Shown here: in pieces, positions 20,347 through 31,241 of the stretch | Numbering within the stretch: the stretch's first letter is position 1 | How the letters are laid out: every line of letters begins with the position of its first letter | Assembly (NCBI GenBank): GCA_022451865.1 | Contig: JAKUNM010000001.1 | Span: 4,733-68,732, forward strand | DNA: 64,000 nt | DNA from: Dehalococcoidia bacterium | GTDB taxonomy: Bacteria; Chloroflexota; Dehalococcoidia; UBA2979 | Reading direction: 5' to 3' | The notes under the pieces: model-generated | What the model was told of the DNA's origin: nothing | Database searches by the model: none | The model's input: the letters and a program-made list of their open reading frames with translations, nothing else | Translations under genes and position numbers: made by a program

Positions 20347-21305
20347 TGGAAGAAAATATCGCAATCACTCCCGAATCTAATGAATTAATTAGTAAAAATG
20401 AATGGATATTAATTTGGAGGAGGCTTCGTGCAAAAAAACTTGCAATGATCTCTCTTGTTTTAATTATCATAATTTATGGTGCAGGTTTATTTGCACCTTT
20501 GGTTGCTCCATATTCTTACACGGAAACTAATCTTGACAGAGGTTTAGAAGGACCAAGTCGAGATCACTGGCTGGGTACTGATCGATTAGGCCGGGATATG
20601 TTGAGTCGATGTATTTATTCTGCACGAACAACTTTAATAGTGACGACAGCAGTAGTTGTGAGTGGTTCTCTAATTATCGGTAATGTATTGGGATTACTTG
20701 CCGGATATAAAGGTGGGTGGATTGATAGTTTGATTATGCGGATTGGAGAAGTTTTTTCATCTTTACCTGGATTACTAATGCTCATTCTAATTAATGCAAC
20801 ATTAGGTGAACGAGTTATTAATGGCGTGAGATGGTTTGAAGCACATACTTTTTTTAGTGGGATTGTCTCATCAGGAATTGCTTCGTACTTAACAGTTTTT
20901 GCAGCTTTATCGTTATTTTTTTGGGTAGGTACGGCACGTATTATTCGTTCTCAAGTCCTTCAACTTAGGGAAAGAGAATTTATCATTGCAGCAGAAGCAT
21001 TGGGGGCATCACCAAAACGTATAATTTTTGTTCATTTACTTCCAGGGGTTCTCTTTCTGATAATTTTACAGATTTCAGCAACCTTAGGTGGGATTGCTGG
21101 TTCAGAAATACTTCTTTCATGGTTTGGCGTAGGAGTTCAACCTCCAGCAGCTTCTTTTGGGGCTATGATTTTTCAAGGCTCAGGAGCTAGAACATTTCAA
21201 GCCCATCCACATCTTCTACTTGTTCCAGGTCTCATAGTAACTATTTTACTTTTTTCATTTGCTTTACTTGGAGATGCATTGAATGACGCAATTAGTAGTC
21301 GGTAA
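20346..21305 (+). CDS. Peptide ABC transporter permease (OppC/DppC type)
   Basis: HWLGTDRLGRD, EFIIAAEALGA and LGDAL motifs. Confidence 0.9.
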   Translation: MEENIAITPESNELISKNEWILIWRRLRAKKLAMISLVLIIIIYGAGLFAPLVAPYSYTETNLDRGLEGPSRDHWLGTDRLGRDMLSRCIYSARTTLIVTTAVVVSGSLIIGNVLGLLAGYKGGWIDSLIMRIGEVFSSLPGLLMLILINATLGERVINGVRWFEAHTFFSGIVSSGIASYLTVFAALSLFFWVGTARIIRSQVLQLREREFIIAAEALGASPKRIIFVHLLPGVLFLIILQISATLGGIAGSEILLSWFGVGVQPPAASFGAMIFQGSGARTFQAHPHLLLVPGLIVTILLFSFALLGDALNDAISSR

Positions 21306-21398
21306 ATTTTCAGTTGACTGCATATTGGGGTTACAATATATTTCTGTTTTTTTAGATGTACGTATTAGTAATGACTAAATATTAGAGGTAGGTGTAAT

Positions 21399-22802
21399 GT
21401 GCAGGTTACTTCAGAAAAGCTAGAAAATTCTCTAGTGCAACTTGATATTGCTGTAGAAGAAGACAGAATGTCGAGTGCTATGGATAGAGCTGTCAGCAAA
21501 ATATCTAAGCAAGTTAAAATTCCAGGATTTCGATCAGGCAAGGCTCCTCGTAATATTATTGAACAACATGTAGGAAAGGGTGCAATTTTTCAAGAAGCAA
21601 TTGAAGAATTAATTCCCAGTCTTTATACAGAGGCAATAGAATCAGAGGCTATTGATGCAATTGATCAACCGGAAATAGAATTAATTTCTACTGAACCTCT
21701 TGAATTTCGCGCAATTGTGCCTATCAAACCTGATATCGACTTAAATGATTATAAATCTATTCGTGTTCCAAAGATTGCTGTGTCAGTTTCTGATGATGAA
21801 TGTGAAAATGCACTTTTAGAATTGCGCCGTCGTTTCGCAGTATTGGAACCGATTGATAGAGCTATTGAATGGAATGATATTGTACGTGCAGATGTCTCTG
21901 TTCAAATTGATGGTGAGCCTGAACCGCATGTTGAAAATGATGCCGAATTTGCAATTCGCGAAGGTACAGTAGTTTCTTTACCAGGATTTGTTGAAGCATT
22001 AATTGGCAGAGAGCGAGGAGGTCCTCAAGAATTTTCAGTAGATCTTCCTGAAGACTTCTCTGTTGAAGATCTAGCAGGGAAGGTTGCGAATTATAGTATT
22101 ACTATTCATGAAGTAAAAAATGAAATTCTTCCGGAAGCCGATGATGAATTTGCCTCGTCACTAGAAGAAGAGTTCGATGATATGAGTGCATTACGAACAA
22201 AAATATTCTCTGATCTTGAACTGCAAAAAGATAATATGGCAAAGGATGAATATCGCAGTGAGGTAGTTGATTTACTAGTGTCTAAAGCTACTATTGAATT
22301 TCCGCAGATATTAATTGAAAGAGAAATTGATCGTCTCATTGATATGGAATCAAATCATGCCTCCCATACTGAAGAAGGATTAAATCAATGGCTATCTACG
22401 ACCGGTCAATCTTTAGAAGAAGTTAGAGAAAAATTAAAGTCACCTGCTGAATTGTCAGTGAGACGCTCTTTAGTATTGGGTGAATTTTCTGCAAAAGAAT
22501 CCATCGAAGTTAGCACAGAACAGATTGATGAGGAAATTGACAAATTAATCACATCAATGGGTGGAGAGGTAGAAGCTTCTACAGAGCAGGTTCAGACTAT
22601 GCGTAGTCTTATTGACACTGACGAAGGTCGAGCGTCAATGCAAAATCAACTACTCACAAAAAATATTTTGGAAAGATTAGAAGAGATCGCATCACAAGAT
22701 GCTGAAGAAATTATAGCCACTGAACCTCAACAATCTAAACGTGGAAGACGCCGAGCTCAAAAAACATCTGATGAGGGTGTGGAAAAAATTGAAACTACAT
22801 AA
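21399..22802 (+). CDS. tig: Trigger factor
   Basis: IPGFRSGKAP ribosome-binding motif and FKBP-like region; upstream of clpPX. Confidence 0.95.
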   Translation: MQVTSEKLENSLVQLDIAVEEDRMSSAMDRAVSKISKQVKIPGFRSGKAPRNIIEQHVGKGAIFQEAIEELIPSLYTEAIESEAIDAIDQPEIELISTEPLEFRAIVPIKPDIDLNDYKSIRVPKIAVSVSDDECENALLELRRRFAVLEPIDRAIEWNDIVRADVSVQIDGEPEPHVENDAEFAIREGTVVSLPGFVEALIGRERGGPQEFSVDLPEDFSVEDLAGKVANYSITIHEVKNEILPEADDEFASSLEEEFDDMSALRTKIFSDLELQKDNMAKDEYRSEVVDLLVSKATIEFPQILIEREIDRLIDMESNHASHTEEGLNQWLSTTGQSLEEVREKLKSPAELSVRRSLVLGEFSAKESIEVSTEQIDEEIDKLITSMGGEVEASTEQVQTMRSLIDTDEGRASMQNQLLTKNILERLEEIASQDAEEIIATEPQQSKRGRRRAQKTSDEGVEKIETT

Positions 22803-22921
22803 AATTATTAACTTTAAAGAAAATGATACTTTCTCCTTTTTTAATATTAAGGTTATCTATGTAATTAGGTGTTATGTAGTACCATTAAATCATTATAAAA
22901 AATTATCGAAAGTGAGATTCA

Positions 22922-23563
22922 ATGAACTACCGTCCTCCGCGATTTGAAGATTTTTCGCCTGGGTTTCTAAAGCCTGAAAATATTGTGCCGATGGTAGTTG
23001 AAACAAGCGCTCGTGGTGAACGTGCGTACGATATTTATTCTTTACTTTTGAAAGAGCGGATTGTTTTTTTAGGCACTGGTATTGATGATCAGGTTGCAAA
23101 TAGTATTGTCGCACAGTTGCTATATTTAGATAGAGAAGATCCTGAGCGTGATATTTCAATGTATGTTCATTCGCCTGGTGGAATGGTTTATGCTGGTTTA
23201 GCTATGTATGACACCATGAACTTGATTCGTGCAGATGTTTCTACAATCGCAGTCGGTGTAACAGCTTCGATGGGAACAGTACTACTCTCTGCTGGGACTA
23301 AAGGTAAACGCTTCGCACTTCCTAATGCCACTGTACATATGCATCAAGCACTAGGTGGCGGATCTGGACAAGCTTCGGATGTCCAAATTCAAGCTCAAGA
23401 ACTGATGCGTAATAACCAAAAAATTCGTGAAATTCTTGCGAAAGCTACAGATCAACCGATGGATCGAATTGAACAAGACACGGATCGAGACTTTTACATG
23501 TCTGCTCAAGAAGCACAAGAGTATGGTCTCATTGACGAAGTTTTGTCAGCTCAAGGTGAATAA
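22922..23563 (+). CDS. clpP: ATP-dependent Clp protease proteolytic subunit
   Basis: [17 protein letters not shown] (catalytic Ser), HQ and DRD motifs. Confidence 0.97.
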   Translation: MNYRPPRFEDFSPGFLKPENIVPMVVETSARGERAYDIYSLLLKERIVFLGTGIDDQVANSIVAQLLYLDREDPERDISMYVHSPGGMVYAGLAMYDTMNLIRADVSTIAVGVTASMGTVLLSAGTKGKRFALPNATVHMHQALGGGSGQASDVQIQAQELMRNNQKIREILAKATDQPMDRIEQDTDRDFYMSAQEAQEYGLIDEVLSAQGE

Positions 23564-23592
23564 GATAAAGATAAATCCAACTTGGAGGTTTT

Positions 23593-24906
23593 TTGACAAG
23601 TTCTAATCATGGTAACAATATGCAATATAGTTGCAATTTTTGTGGGAAAAATCAGAATCAAGTTGTTCGCTTAATCGCTGGTCCTGGTTCCGTTTATATC
23701 TGTAACGAATGTGTTGATCTGTGTCAGGAAATTATTTCTGAAGAAAGTATTCCTACTGATTTAAGTGAATCACCTGAGAATGCTCGATTACTCACTCCTC
23801 AGGAATTGAAAGCTAAGTTAGATGAGTATATTGTTGGTCAAGATTACACTAAAAGAATATTGTCTGTTGCGGTCTATAATCACTTTAAGAGAGTTTCTCA
23901 ACAGAAAAAATCTTCATTAACATTAGATAAATCCAATGTTTTGTTAATTGGTCCAACTGGAACTGGAAAAACTGAATTTGCTCGAACATTAGCACGTGTT
24001 TTAGATGTTCCTTTCTCTATTGCTGATGCTACAGCACTTACAGAAGCAGGTTATGTGGGAGAAGACGTTGAGAATATATTATTACACTTAATACAAGCTG
24101 CTGATTTTGACATATCACGTGCAGAACGTGGAATTATTTATATAGATGAGATTGATAAAATTTCACGTAAAAGTCATAATCCTTCTATTACTAGAGATGT
24201 TTCTGGAGAAGGTGTCCAGCAAGCTCTCTTAAAAATTATTGAAGGTGCTGTTGCATCAGTTCCGCCTCAAGGTGGACGTAAACATCCACATCAAGACTTT
24301 ATTCAATTAGACACATCTAACATTCTTTTTATTTGTGGTGGAGCATTTGAAGGTTTGGAGCAAGTCGTTAGCAAAAGAACTGGAAAAGGTGTTAGTTCAT
24401 TGGGTTTTAACCAGTTGGCAGATTCCGCTATAGAACGCGATAGTTTGCGACAAAAAGTATTAAAAGACGTCACTCATGACGACCTATTGCAATACGGACT
24501 CATTCCTGAATTTGTAGGAAGGATGCCTATTGTAGCTGTTCTAGAACCACTTGATGTTGAAATGATGACTATGATCTTAACTCAGCCAAAAAATTCAGTG
24601 GTTAGGCAATTTCAACAACTTTTTGATCTAGATGGTGTCGAGTTGATATTTCAAGATGCTGCATGTACTGCGATTGCAAATGAAGCACTTGCTCAAAAGA
24701 CAGGAGCCCGTGGCCTCAGAACCGTCGTAGAAGAATTGCTTTTGGATGTGATGTATGAACTACCTTCGCGAGATGATGTTTCGAAATGTGTAATTGCTGA
24801 AGAAACTGTATTGAATCGAATGCGACCTTTGCTTGCTTCTAAATCAGAAAATATAGAAACTGCGGGCGAAATTGAAGATAAAGAAGCTGTTTCTGAATCT
24901 GCATAA
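23593..24906 (+). CDS. clpX: ATP-dependent Clp protease ATP-binding subunit ClpX
   Basis: C4 zinc finger, [29 protein letters not shown] and GARGLR motifs. Confidence 0.97.
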   Translation: MTSSNHGNNMQYSCNFCGKNQNQVVRLIAGPGSVYICNECVDLCQEIISEESIPTDLSESPENARLLTPQELKAKLDEYIVGQDYTKRILSVAVYNHFKRVSQQKKSSLTLDKSNVLLIGPTGTGKTEFARTLARVLDVPFSIADATALTEAGYVGEDVENILLHLIQAADFDISRAERGIIYIDEIDKISRKSHNPSITRDVSGEGVQQALLKIIEGAVASVPPQGGRKHPHQDFIQLDTSNILFICGGAFEGLEQVVSKRTGKGVSSLGFNQLADSAIERDSLRQKVLKDVTHDDLLQYGLIPEFVGRMPIVAVLEPLDVEMMTMILTQPKNSVVRQFQQLFDLDGVELIFQDAACTAIANEALAQKTGARGLRTVVEELLLDVMYELPSRDDVSKCVIAEETVLNRMRPLLASKSENIETAGEIEDKEAVSESA

Positions 24907-24964
24907 CTGTGTGATAAATAATTCTTATATTGACTAAATTCTGTTTTATATCAATTATGGAAAA

Positions 24965-25744
24965 ATGAAGAATAAAAATCTGGTGAATCCCAAAAAACCT
25001 CGTAGACGGATAGATCAACTATTGGTTGATCGTGGCTTTACATCGAGTAGAGAAAAAGCTCGTGCCCTTATTTTAGCTAGAGAAGTTATGGTCGAAGGTG
25101 AAGTTATACTTCGTGCTGCAGCTCCAGTAGATCTGAATGCAAAAATTTCCTTGAAAGATCCTCAGAGATTTGTGAGTCGTGGAGGAGAAAAATTGGCTAG
25201 TGCTTTGCAAATATCAAAGATCGATGTCGAAGGAAAAATCTGTCTTGATATTGGTGCATCTACTGGTGGGTTTACGGATTGCTTACTTCAACATGGTGCA
25301 TCTTATGTGACTTCTGTTGATGTAGGTTACGGCCAGATAGCTACAAAACTTCGGAATGATGAACGTGTAAATGTGCAAGAGCGTACTAATGCTAGATATC
25401 TTGGACTAATTAATCCATCTCCTGAAATTCTAACGATGGATGTTTCTTTTATTTCTGTCATAAAAGTATTGCCTGCTGTACTACAATCTTTGAAACTAGG
25501 TGCAGATATTTTGTTATTAGTAAAACCTCAATTTGAGGCAGGCCGAAAGGAAATTGCATCTGGTGGAGTAGTCTACGATTCTAGAATACATGCAATTACC
25601 GTTGCACAAGTTGCAAAATGGTCTATAAATAAAGGTATGCGAGTACGTAGCGTTATCAAGTCACCTCTTAAAGGTGCTGCTGGAAATAGTGAATTTTTTT
25701 TGTGGCTTCGATATATGGATGTTTGTAAAGATGAAAAAATTTAA
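24965..25744 (+). CDS. tlyA: TlyA family rRNA 2'-O-methyltransferase
   Basis: S4 domain, FVSRGGEKL, DIGASTGGFTD, DVSFIS and KPQFE motifs. Confidence 0.95.
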   Translation: MKNKNLVNPKKPRRRIDQLLVDRGFTSSREKARALILAREVMVEGEVILRAAAPVDLNAKISLKDPQRFVSRGGEKLASALQISKIDVEGKICLDIGASTGGFTDCLLQHGASYVTSVDVGYGQIATKLRNDERVNVQERTNARYLGLINPSPEILTMDVSFISVIKVLPAVLQSLKLGADILLLVKPQFEAGRKEIASGGVVYDSRIHAITVAQVAKWSINKGMRVRSVIKSPLKGAAGNSEFFLWLRYMDVCKDEKI

Positions 25745-26618
25745 TTCCCCTCAAAGTGTAATGATTTGCTATAGCCCTTCTATAGAAGGTGCAGAAGAAC
25801 TAGCCATGGACATGTATCAATTATGTGTCGAAAATAATTTGCGATGTGAAATTAAACCTCTTTCAGATTCAATAAGTGAAATGTCTGATGATTTACTTAA
25901 ACAACTTTCTAATAGTGATCTTCTGATTTGTGTAGGAGGTGATGGTAGTGTTTTACATGCATCTGCCTATGCTTCATCGATGCAAATACCAATTCTAGGC
26001 GTTCGAATGGGAAGATTAGGTTTTCTAAGCGAATTGACTAGTCAAGAAGCTTTAACTGGCTTAAAACAGGTCATAAATGGGTTGTCTCGATTAGAAAGTC
26101 GATCAATTGTAAAAGCTCAACTTGATGGAGAATCTGAAATTTTTGCATTAAATGATGTCGTAATAGGTAGATCTACATTAGGCCGTACCGTTGCTGTTGG
26201 CGTGATAATTGATGGAGTTTTAGTTGCTGAATATCGAGCAGATGCTGTCATTCTCTCCACTGCTACAGGCTCAACTGGTTATTCTTTATCTGGTGGTGGT
26301 CCAATTCTATTCCCTACTTCTAAAGAAATGATTGTAATGCCTGTGGCACCTCACTTGACTCGTTCAAACGCACTAGTTATTCCACCTACAAGTGATGTTG
26401 ATTTTTATGTTGAACGAGGTTATGAAGCTGTTTTAGCTGTAGATGGGTTGTATGAATATCCTTTAAAATCTGGCTCAAAAGTTAAGGTTTCATCAGCTAA
26501 TCGATATGTTGATTTTGTCCGTTTAGGTGATGGATCACAATTTTATTCTAATCTTGCTGATAGATTGGGATGGTTACGAACTGATCATGTTCGTCATGAC
26601 TTAACTGAATCATGTTAG
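25731..26618 (+). CDS. nadK: NAD(+) kinase
   Basis: GGDGS, GRLGFL, LND and TATGSTGYSLSGGGP; likely ATG at 25731. Confidence 0.93.
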   Translation: MKKFNSPQSVMICYSPSIEGAEELAMDMYQLCVENNLRCEIKPLSDSISEMSDDLLKQLSNSDLLICVGGDGSVLHASAYASSMQIPILGVRMGRLGFLSELTSQEALTGLKQVINGLSRLESRSIVKAQLDGESEIFALNDVVIGRSTLGRTVAVGVIIDGVLVAEYRADAVILSTATGSTGYSLSGGGPILFPTSKEMIVMPVAPHLTRSNALVIPPTSDVDFYVERGYEAVLAVDGLYEYPLKSGSKVKVSSANRYVDFVRLGDGSQFYSNLADRLGWLRTDHVRHDLTESC

Positions 26619-26682
26619 AATCAAGATAATTTATTAGTGAATTTTGTCGAGAATTTTTATAATTAATCTTATCCTTGAACAT

Positions 26683-27177
26683 ATGACGAAATTAAATATT
26701 GATAATATTATTTCTGATTCTTTATTTCCTGTACCTGCCACAATTAATGATGGTGTCGGGATACAAGAATTAGTGAATCATTGGGCCGCTCAAGGTTTAA
26801 TGTTACCACGTACCTTGGCACAAACTTATGAAAATTTAAGAGATTTTTTTGTTGTTAAGGATGGACAACAAATAATTGCTTGTGCTGCATTACATATTGT
26901 ATGGGATGATATGGCGGAATTAAAATCTCTCGCTGTTGCACCTGGTCATCAGTCTGGTGGTTATGGTAGTAAACTCGTTGCTGCTTGTGTAGAAGAAGGT
27001 AAAAGGCTTGGAATGCAGCAACTTTTTGCTTTAAGTTATGAACCAGAATTTTTTGAAAAGCTAGGTTGGCAAGTCGCGAATGTAATGGAACTTCCTCGTA
27101 AAGTATGGAACGAGTGCTATCGATGTCCAAAATTCCCTGGGTGTAATGAAATCGCACTGACATATGATTTGGGATAA
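26683..27177 (+). CDS. GNAT N-acetyltransferase (short ArgA-like amino-acid N-acetyltransferase)
   Basis: MLPR, AELKSLAV, LPRKVWNECYRCPKFPGCNEIA; likely ATG at 26683. Confidence 0.8.
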   Translation: MTKLNIDNIISDSLFPVPATINDGVGIQELVNHWAAQGLMLPRTLAQTYENLRDFFVVKDGQQIIACAALHIVWDDMAELKSLAVAPGHQSGGYGSKLVAACVEEGKRLGMQQLFALSYEPEFFEKLGWQVANVMELPRKVWNECYRCPKFPGCNEIALTYDLG

Positions 27178-27182
27178 TTATC

Positions 27183-27740
27183 TTGCAAAAAAAGAGTGAT
27201 AACTTCATTCCTAAGGTACTTTCGTCTGAGATTGTTTTAGAAGGAACGCCTTTTGATATAGAAGAAGCACATATACAATACCCTGATAATATTGAAACCA
27301 ACAAGATGGTGGTACTTCATCCTGGAGCTATTGCATTGATTGTGATTGATCATGAAGATCGATTCTTGTTAATTAATCAATATCGATATCCGACAAAGAA
27401 GATTTTGTTAGAAATTCCAGCAGGTACACGTGAACCTAATGAACAGCCTCTAGAAACTGCAGCCAGAGAAATCCGAGAGGAAATTGGGTATTCCGCTGAA
27501 AGTCTAGTTCACATAGGTGGAACATGGATGGCTCCTGGTTTTTGTACAGAATATATAGATTATTTTGTTGCATCTAACTTGTCTCATGACCCTTTACCAC
27601 AAGATCCTGATGAATTTATTAGTGAACCTATCAGAGTTACCTATGAAGAAATGATTAGTTTAATTGGTGACGGTAAAATCAAAGATGCCAAATCAATTGC
27701 TGGGTTTATGCTGTATCAGATATATAGGAGTAACGAATGA
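27183..27740 (+). CDS. NUDIX hydrolase (ADP-ribose pyrophosphatase-like)
   Basis: HPGA, QYRYP and the Nudix box EIPAG..E...ETAAREIREEIG. Confidence 0.9.
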   Translation: MQKKSDNFIPKVLSSEIVLEGTPFDIEEAHIQYPDNIETNKMVVLHPGAIALIVIDHEDRFLLINQYRYPTKKILLEIPAGTREPNEQPLETAAREIREEIGYSAESLVHIGGTWMAPGFCTEYIDYFVASNLSHDPLPQDPDEFISEPIRVTYEEMISLIGDGKIKDAKSIAGFMLYQIYRSNE

Positions 27741-27863
27741 TCAATCTTCTAAATTAAATTGGAGACTATGACGTTTTGGTTGTAGTGTATTATATAATTC
27801 TTATAAGTAGCGAATTGTAGATTATGGTAGTTTATTTTCGAAGAATTTGAGTATAAGGACGTT

Positions 27864-28655
27864 ATGACACAAGCAACTTTAAGTAATTCCGAATCTCTTA
27901 ATCGTCGATATGGTCTTACTAAACGTTTAGATCGTTGGTGGTTCGAACCTTTACTTACAGGTGGCGGTCTATTAACTTTTGTGATTTATTCTTCTGTTTC
28001 TGCTTTACTTGGTCATTCGTGGGCATTTGAAACTGAACATGAGCTGTATCTTTCCCCGTTTTTTGAACCACTTATTACTCCGGAATTTTTGCCGATGTGG
28101 TTCTCACCAGCATTACTAATACTATGGGCTCCACTGGGTTTTCGAACTACTTGTTATTACTACCGTCGTACATACTATAGAGCCTATTTCCTAAGTCCTC
28201 CAGCTTGTGCAGTCCGTGAACCAGCTGGTTCTTATAGTGGTGAGGGAAAATTTCCACTCATTATTCAAAATTCACATCGCTATTTCATGTATGTTGCTGT
28301 TGTATTTGTGCCTATTCTTTGGCTAGGTGCTATAAAGTCGTTTTATTTACCTGGTGAAGGAATCGGGGTTGGTGTTGGTTCTATTATAATGACTTTGAAT
28401 GCTTTCTTCTTAATGATGTATACCGTCGGATGCCATTCTTTAAGACACTGGGTTGCTGGTGGCATTAATAGCTTTTCGAATACACCTCTACGACGTGTAC
28501 GTCGCAAAGTATGGGAAATTTTCACTGTGGCAAATGAACGTCATAAAGCTTGGGCTTGGACAAGTTTAATATGGGTAGGAGTCACCGATTTATATATCCA
28601 TTTGGTTGCTTCAGGGGTGATAACGGACCTAAATACTTTTACTGGTCCAATTTAA
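27864..28655 (+). CDS. Succinate dehydrogenase membrane anchor, mycobacterial Sdh1 (Rv0249c-like) type
   Basis: Multi-TM protein with YLSPF, FRTTCYYYR, HRYF, GCHSLRH and H..WAW motifs; directly upstream of sdhAB. Confidence 0.8.
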   Translation: MTQATLSNSESLNRRYGLTKRLDRWWFEPLLTGGGLLTFVIYSSVSALLGHSWAFETEHELYLSPFFEPLITPEFLPMWFSPALLILWAPLGFRTTCYYYRRTYYRAYFLSPPACAVREPAGSYSGEGKFPLIIQNSHRYFMYVAVVFVPILWLGAIKSFYLPGEGIGVGVGSIIMTLNAFFLMMYTVGCHSLRHWVAGGINSFSNTPLRRVRRKVWEIFTVANERHKAWAWTSLIWVGVTDLYIHLVASGVITDLNTFTGPI

Positions 28656-28686
28656 ATCTCAGCTAATATTATATGAAGGGCAATTT

Positions 28687-30480
28687 ATGGCTGATATTGA
28701 AATTTTAGAATTTGATGTGTTAATTATAGGTGCTGGTGGTGCTGGATTACGTGCTGCTGTTGAAGCTTCTTCACGAGGTATGAAAACAGGATTAGTATGT
28801 AAGTCCCTTTTAGGTAAAGCCCATACGGTTATGGCTGAAGGAGGTATGGCTGCTGCCATGGGTAATGTCTGGGCAGAAGATAATTGGAAAGTACATTTCC
28901 GCGATACCATGCGCGGTGGGAAAATGCTTAACAATTGGCGAATGGCACAGCTTCATGCTCAAGAATCTCCTGAACGTGTTCATGAACTAGAAGAATGGGG
29001 TGCTCTATTTGATAGAACTAAAGATGGTTTGATATCACAACGTGACTTTGGTGGTCATAGATATGCACGATTAGCACATGTTGGCGATCGTACAGGATTG
29101 GAAATGATCAGAACCTTACAACAACATGCAGTGCATCAAGGCATTGATGTTTTTCAAGAATGCACGATCAATCGTCTTTTAAAATCTGAAGATGGTTCTA
29201 TATCTGGGGCCGTTGGCTATTGGCGTGAAAGTGGAAAATCGATAGTTTTCAGATCCAAAGCTATTGTATTAGCTACGGGAGGCTTGGGGAAAATCTGGTC
29301 AATTACATCCAATTCTTGGGAAGGCACAGGTGATGGTCACGCTTTAGCTTTATATGCAGGAGCAGAAGCTATTGATATGGAATTCGTACAATTTCACCCC
29401 ACTGGTATGGTTTGGCCACCTAGTGTCAAAGGTATACTCGTTACCGAAGGTGTCCGAGGTGATGGCGGTACTCTACGCAATTCTTCGGGTGATCGTTTTA
29501 TGTTTGATTACATACCCTCGATGTTTGCTTCAGAGACTGCAGATACAGAAGCTGAAGCAGATAAATGGTATGAGGATAAGACAGTTCGACGCACTCCTGA
29601 TCTTTTGCCAAGAGACGAAGTTGCTAGAGCAATTAATGCAGAAGTGAAGGCTGGTCGCGGTAGCCCACACGGTGGAGTTTTTCTTGATATAGCTTCACGC
29701 CGTGATTCAGAATATATCCAGCGGAGATTACCTTCGATGTATCATCAATTCATGCAGTTAGCTGGAGTGGATATCACTAAAGAATCTATGGAAGTTGGTC
29801 CTACAGCTCATTATGCAATGGGAGGGGTCCGAGTAGATCCAGAAACTGCTGCAACTACTGTGCCAGGTCTTTTTGCTGCTGGAGAAGTTGCAGGAGGAAT
29901 GCACGGTTCTAATCGTTTAGGCGGGAACTCTCTATCAGACTTGGTAGTGTTTGGAAGAAGAGCCGGGATTGGTTCTTCAGAATATGCTCAAACAGTTGAA
30001 GAATTACCAAATATAGATAAATCAGAAATTGATACGCGAATAGCCGAAATGCATAAACCATTTTCTGATGAAGGTTCCGAAAACCCTTATTCGATACATA
30101 GAGAACTTCAAGAAACAATGCAGAAAAATGTTGGAATTATACGTACAGAAATAGAGATGAAAACTGCTATAGAAGATATCCAATCTCTTCGAGATAGATA
30201 TAATTTGGTTGGTATTGAAGGAAATATGCAATATAACCCTGGATGGCATATGGCTTTAGATTTAGAACATATGTTGACTGTCGCTGAAGCAGTGACACGT
30301 GCTGCCTTAGAACGTAAAGAGAGTCGTGGTGGTCATACTCGTGATGATTTCCCTGAAACATCCACGGACTTTGGGAAAGTTAACGTTGTAATTAAATTAG
30401 ATAATTCAGAGGTTGTAGTGTCTCAAGACGAGCTTCCTGTGATGCCTGATGATTTACAACAACTATTTGAGGAGAACTAG
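28687..30480 (+). CDS. sdhA: Succinate dehydrogenase/fumarate reductase flavoprotein subunit
   Basis: GAGGAG, KAHTVMAEGG (covalent FAD His), QFHPT, HYAMGG, HGSNRLGGNSL and RKESRGGH motifs. Confidence 0.95.
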   Translation: MADIEILEFDVLIIGAGGAGLRAAVEASSRGMKTGLVCKSLLGKAHTVMAEGGMAAAMGNVWAEDNWKVHFRDTMRGGKMLNNWRMAQLHAQESPERVHELEEWGALFDRTKDGLISQRDFGGHRYARLAHVGDRTGLEMIRTLQQHAVHQGIDVFQECTINRLLKSEDGSISGAVGYWRESGKSIVFRSKAIVLATGGLGKIWSITSNSWEGTGDGHALALYAGAEAIDMEFVQFHPTGMVWPPSVKGILVTEGVRGDGGTLRNSSGDRFMFDYIPSMFASETADTEAEADKWYEDKTVRRTPDLLPRDEVARAINAEVKAGRGSPHGGVFLDIASRRDSEYIQRRLPSMYHQFMQLAGVDITKESMEVGPTAHYAMGGVRVDPETAATTVPGLFAAGEVAGGMHGSNRLGGNSLSDLVVFGRRAGIGSSEYAQTVEELPNIDKSEIDTRIAEMHKPFSDEGSENPYSIHRELQETMQKNVGIIRTEIEMKTAIEDIQSLRDRYNLVGIEGNMQYNPGWHMALDLEHMLTVAEAVTRAALERKESRGGHTRDDFPETSTDFGKVNVVIKLDNSEVVVSQDELPVMPDDLQQLFEEN

Positions 30481-30482
30481 TC

Positions 30483-31223
30483 ATGCCAAAAGCAAAATTA
30501 CAAGTATGGCGTGGTGATGAAGATGGCCAGTATCAAGATTATGAAGTCGAATACGAAGAAGGTATGGTAATTCTTGATGTCATACATAAATTGCAAGCTA
30601 CTCAAGCTACAGACCTTGCCGTTCGTTGGAATTGCAAAGCTGGTAAATGTGGTTCATGTAGTGCAGAAATCAATGGTAAACCTGTTCTTCAATGTATGCA
30701 GCGTATGGAAATATATCCTGAAGATGAAACAATTTCAGTCGCACCTTTAAAAACCTTTCCTCTTATACGTGATTTGGTTACAGATGTGAGCTGGAATTAT
30801 GAAAAAGCTAAAACCATGCCTGAAGTGAAATTACAACCTGCAGATGCTGATGGAAACCACCGAATGGCTCAAATCGACGTTGACCGTGGACAAGAATTTA
30901 GAAAATGTATCGAATGTTTTATGTGCCAAGATGTTTGTCATGTTATTCGTGAACATGCTGAAAATATGGATGCATTTGCAGGGCCTCGTTTTTTTATTCG
31001 TTTAGCTGAAATTTCTATGCATCCTTTAGATTCAAATTCTAATGAAGCTACTGTTCAGCATGGCTTTGGATTGGAATATTGTAATATTACTAAGTGCTGC
31101 ACAGAAGTATGCCCTGAAGGCATTCATATTACTGATAATGGCATTATTCCTCTGAAAGAAAGAAGAGCTGACGTTTATTACGATCCTTTACGCGCTATTG
31201 GTCGTAAAATATTTAAACGTTAG
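30483..31223 (+). CDS. sdhB: Succinate dehydrogenase iron-sulfur subunit
   Basis: CKAGKCGSC..C, CIECFMCQDVC and CNITKCCTEVCP cluster motifs. Confidence 0.95.
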   Translation: MPKAKLQVWRGDEDGQYQDYEVEYEEGMVILDVIHKLQATQATDLAVRWNCKAGKCGSCSAEINGKPVLQCMQRMEIYPEDETISVAPLKTFPLIRDLVTDVSWNYEKAKTMPEVKLQPADADGNHRMAQIDVDRGQEFRKCIECFMCQDVCHVIREHAENMDAFAGPRFFIRLAEISMHPLDSNSNEATVQHGFGLEYCNITKCCTEVCPEGIHITDNGIIPLKERRADVYYDPLRAIGRKIFKR

Positions 31224-31241
31224 CTAAAAAATTAAAAATAA

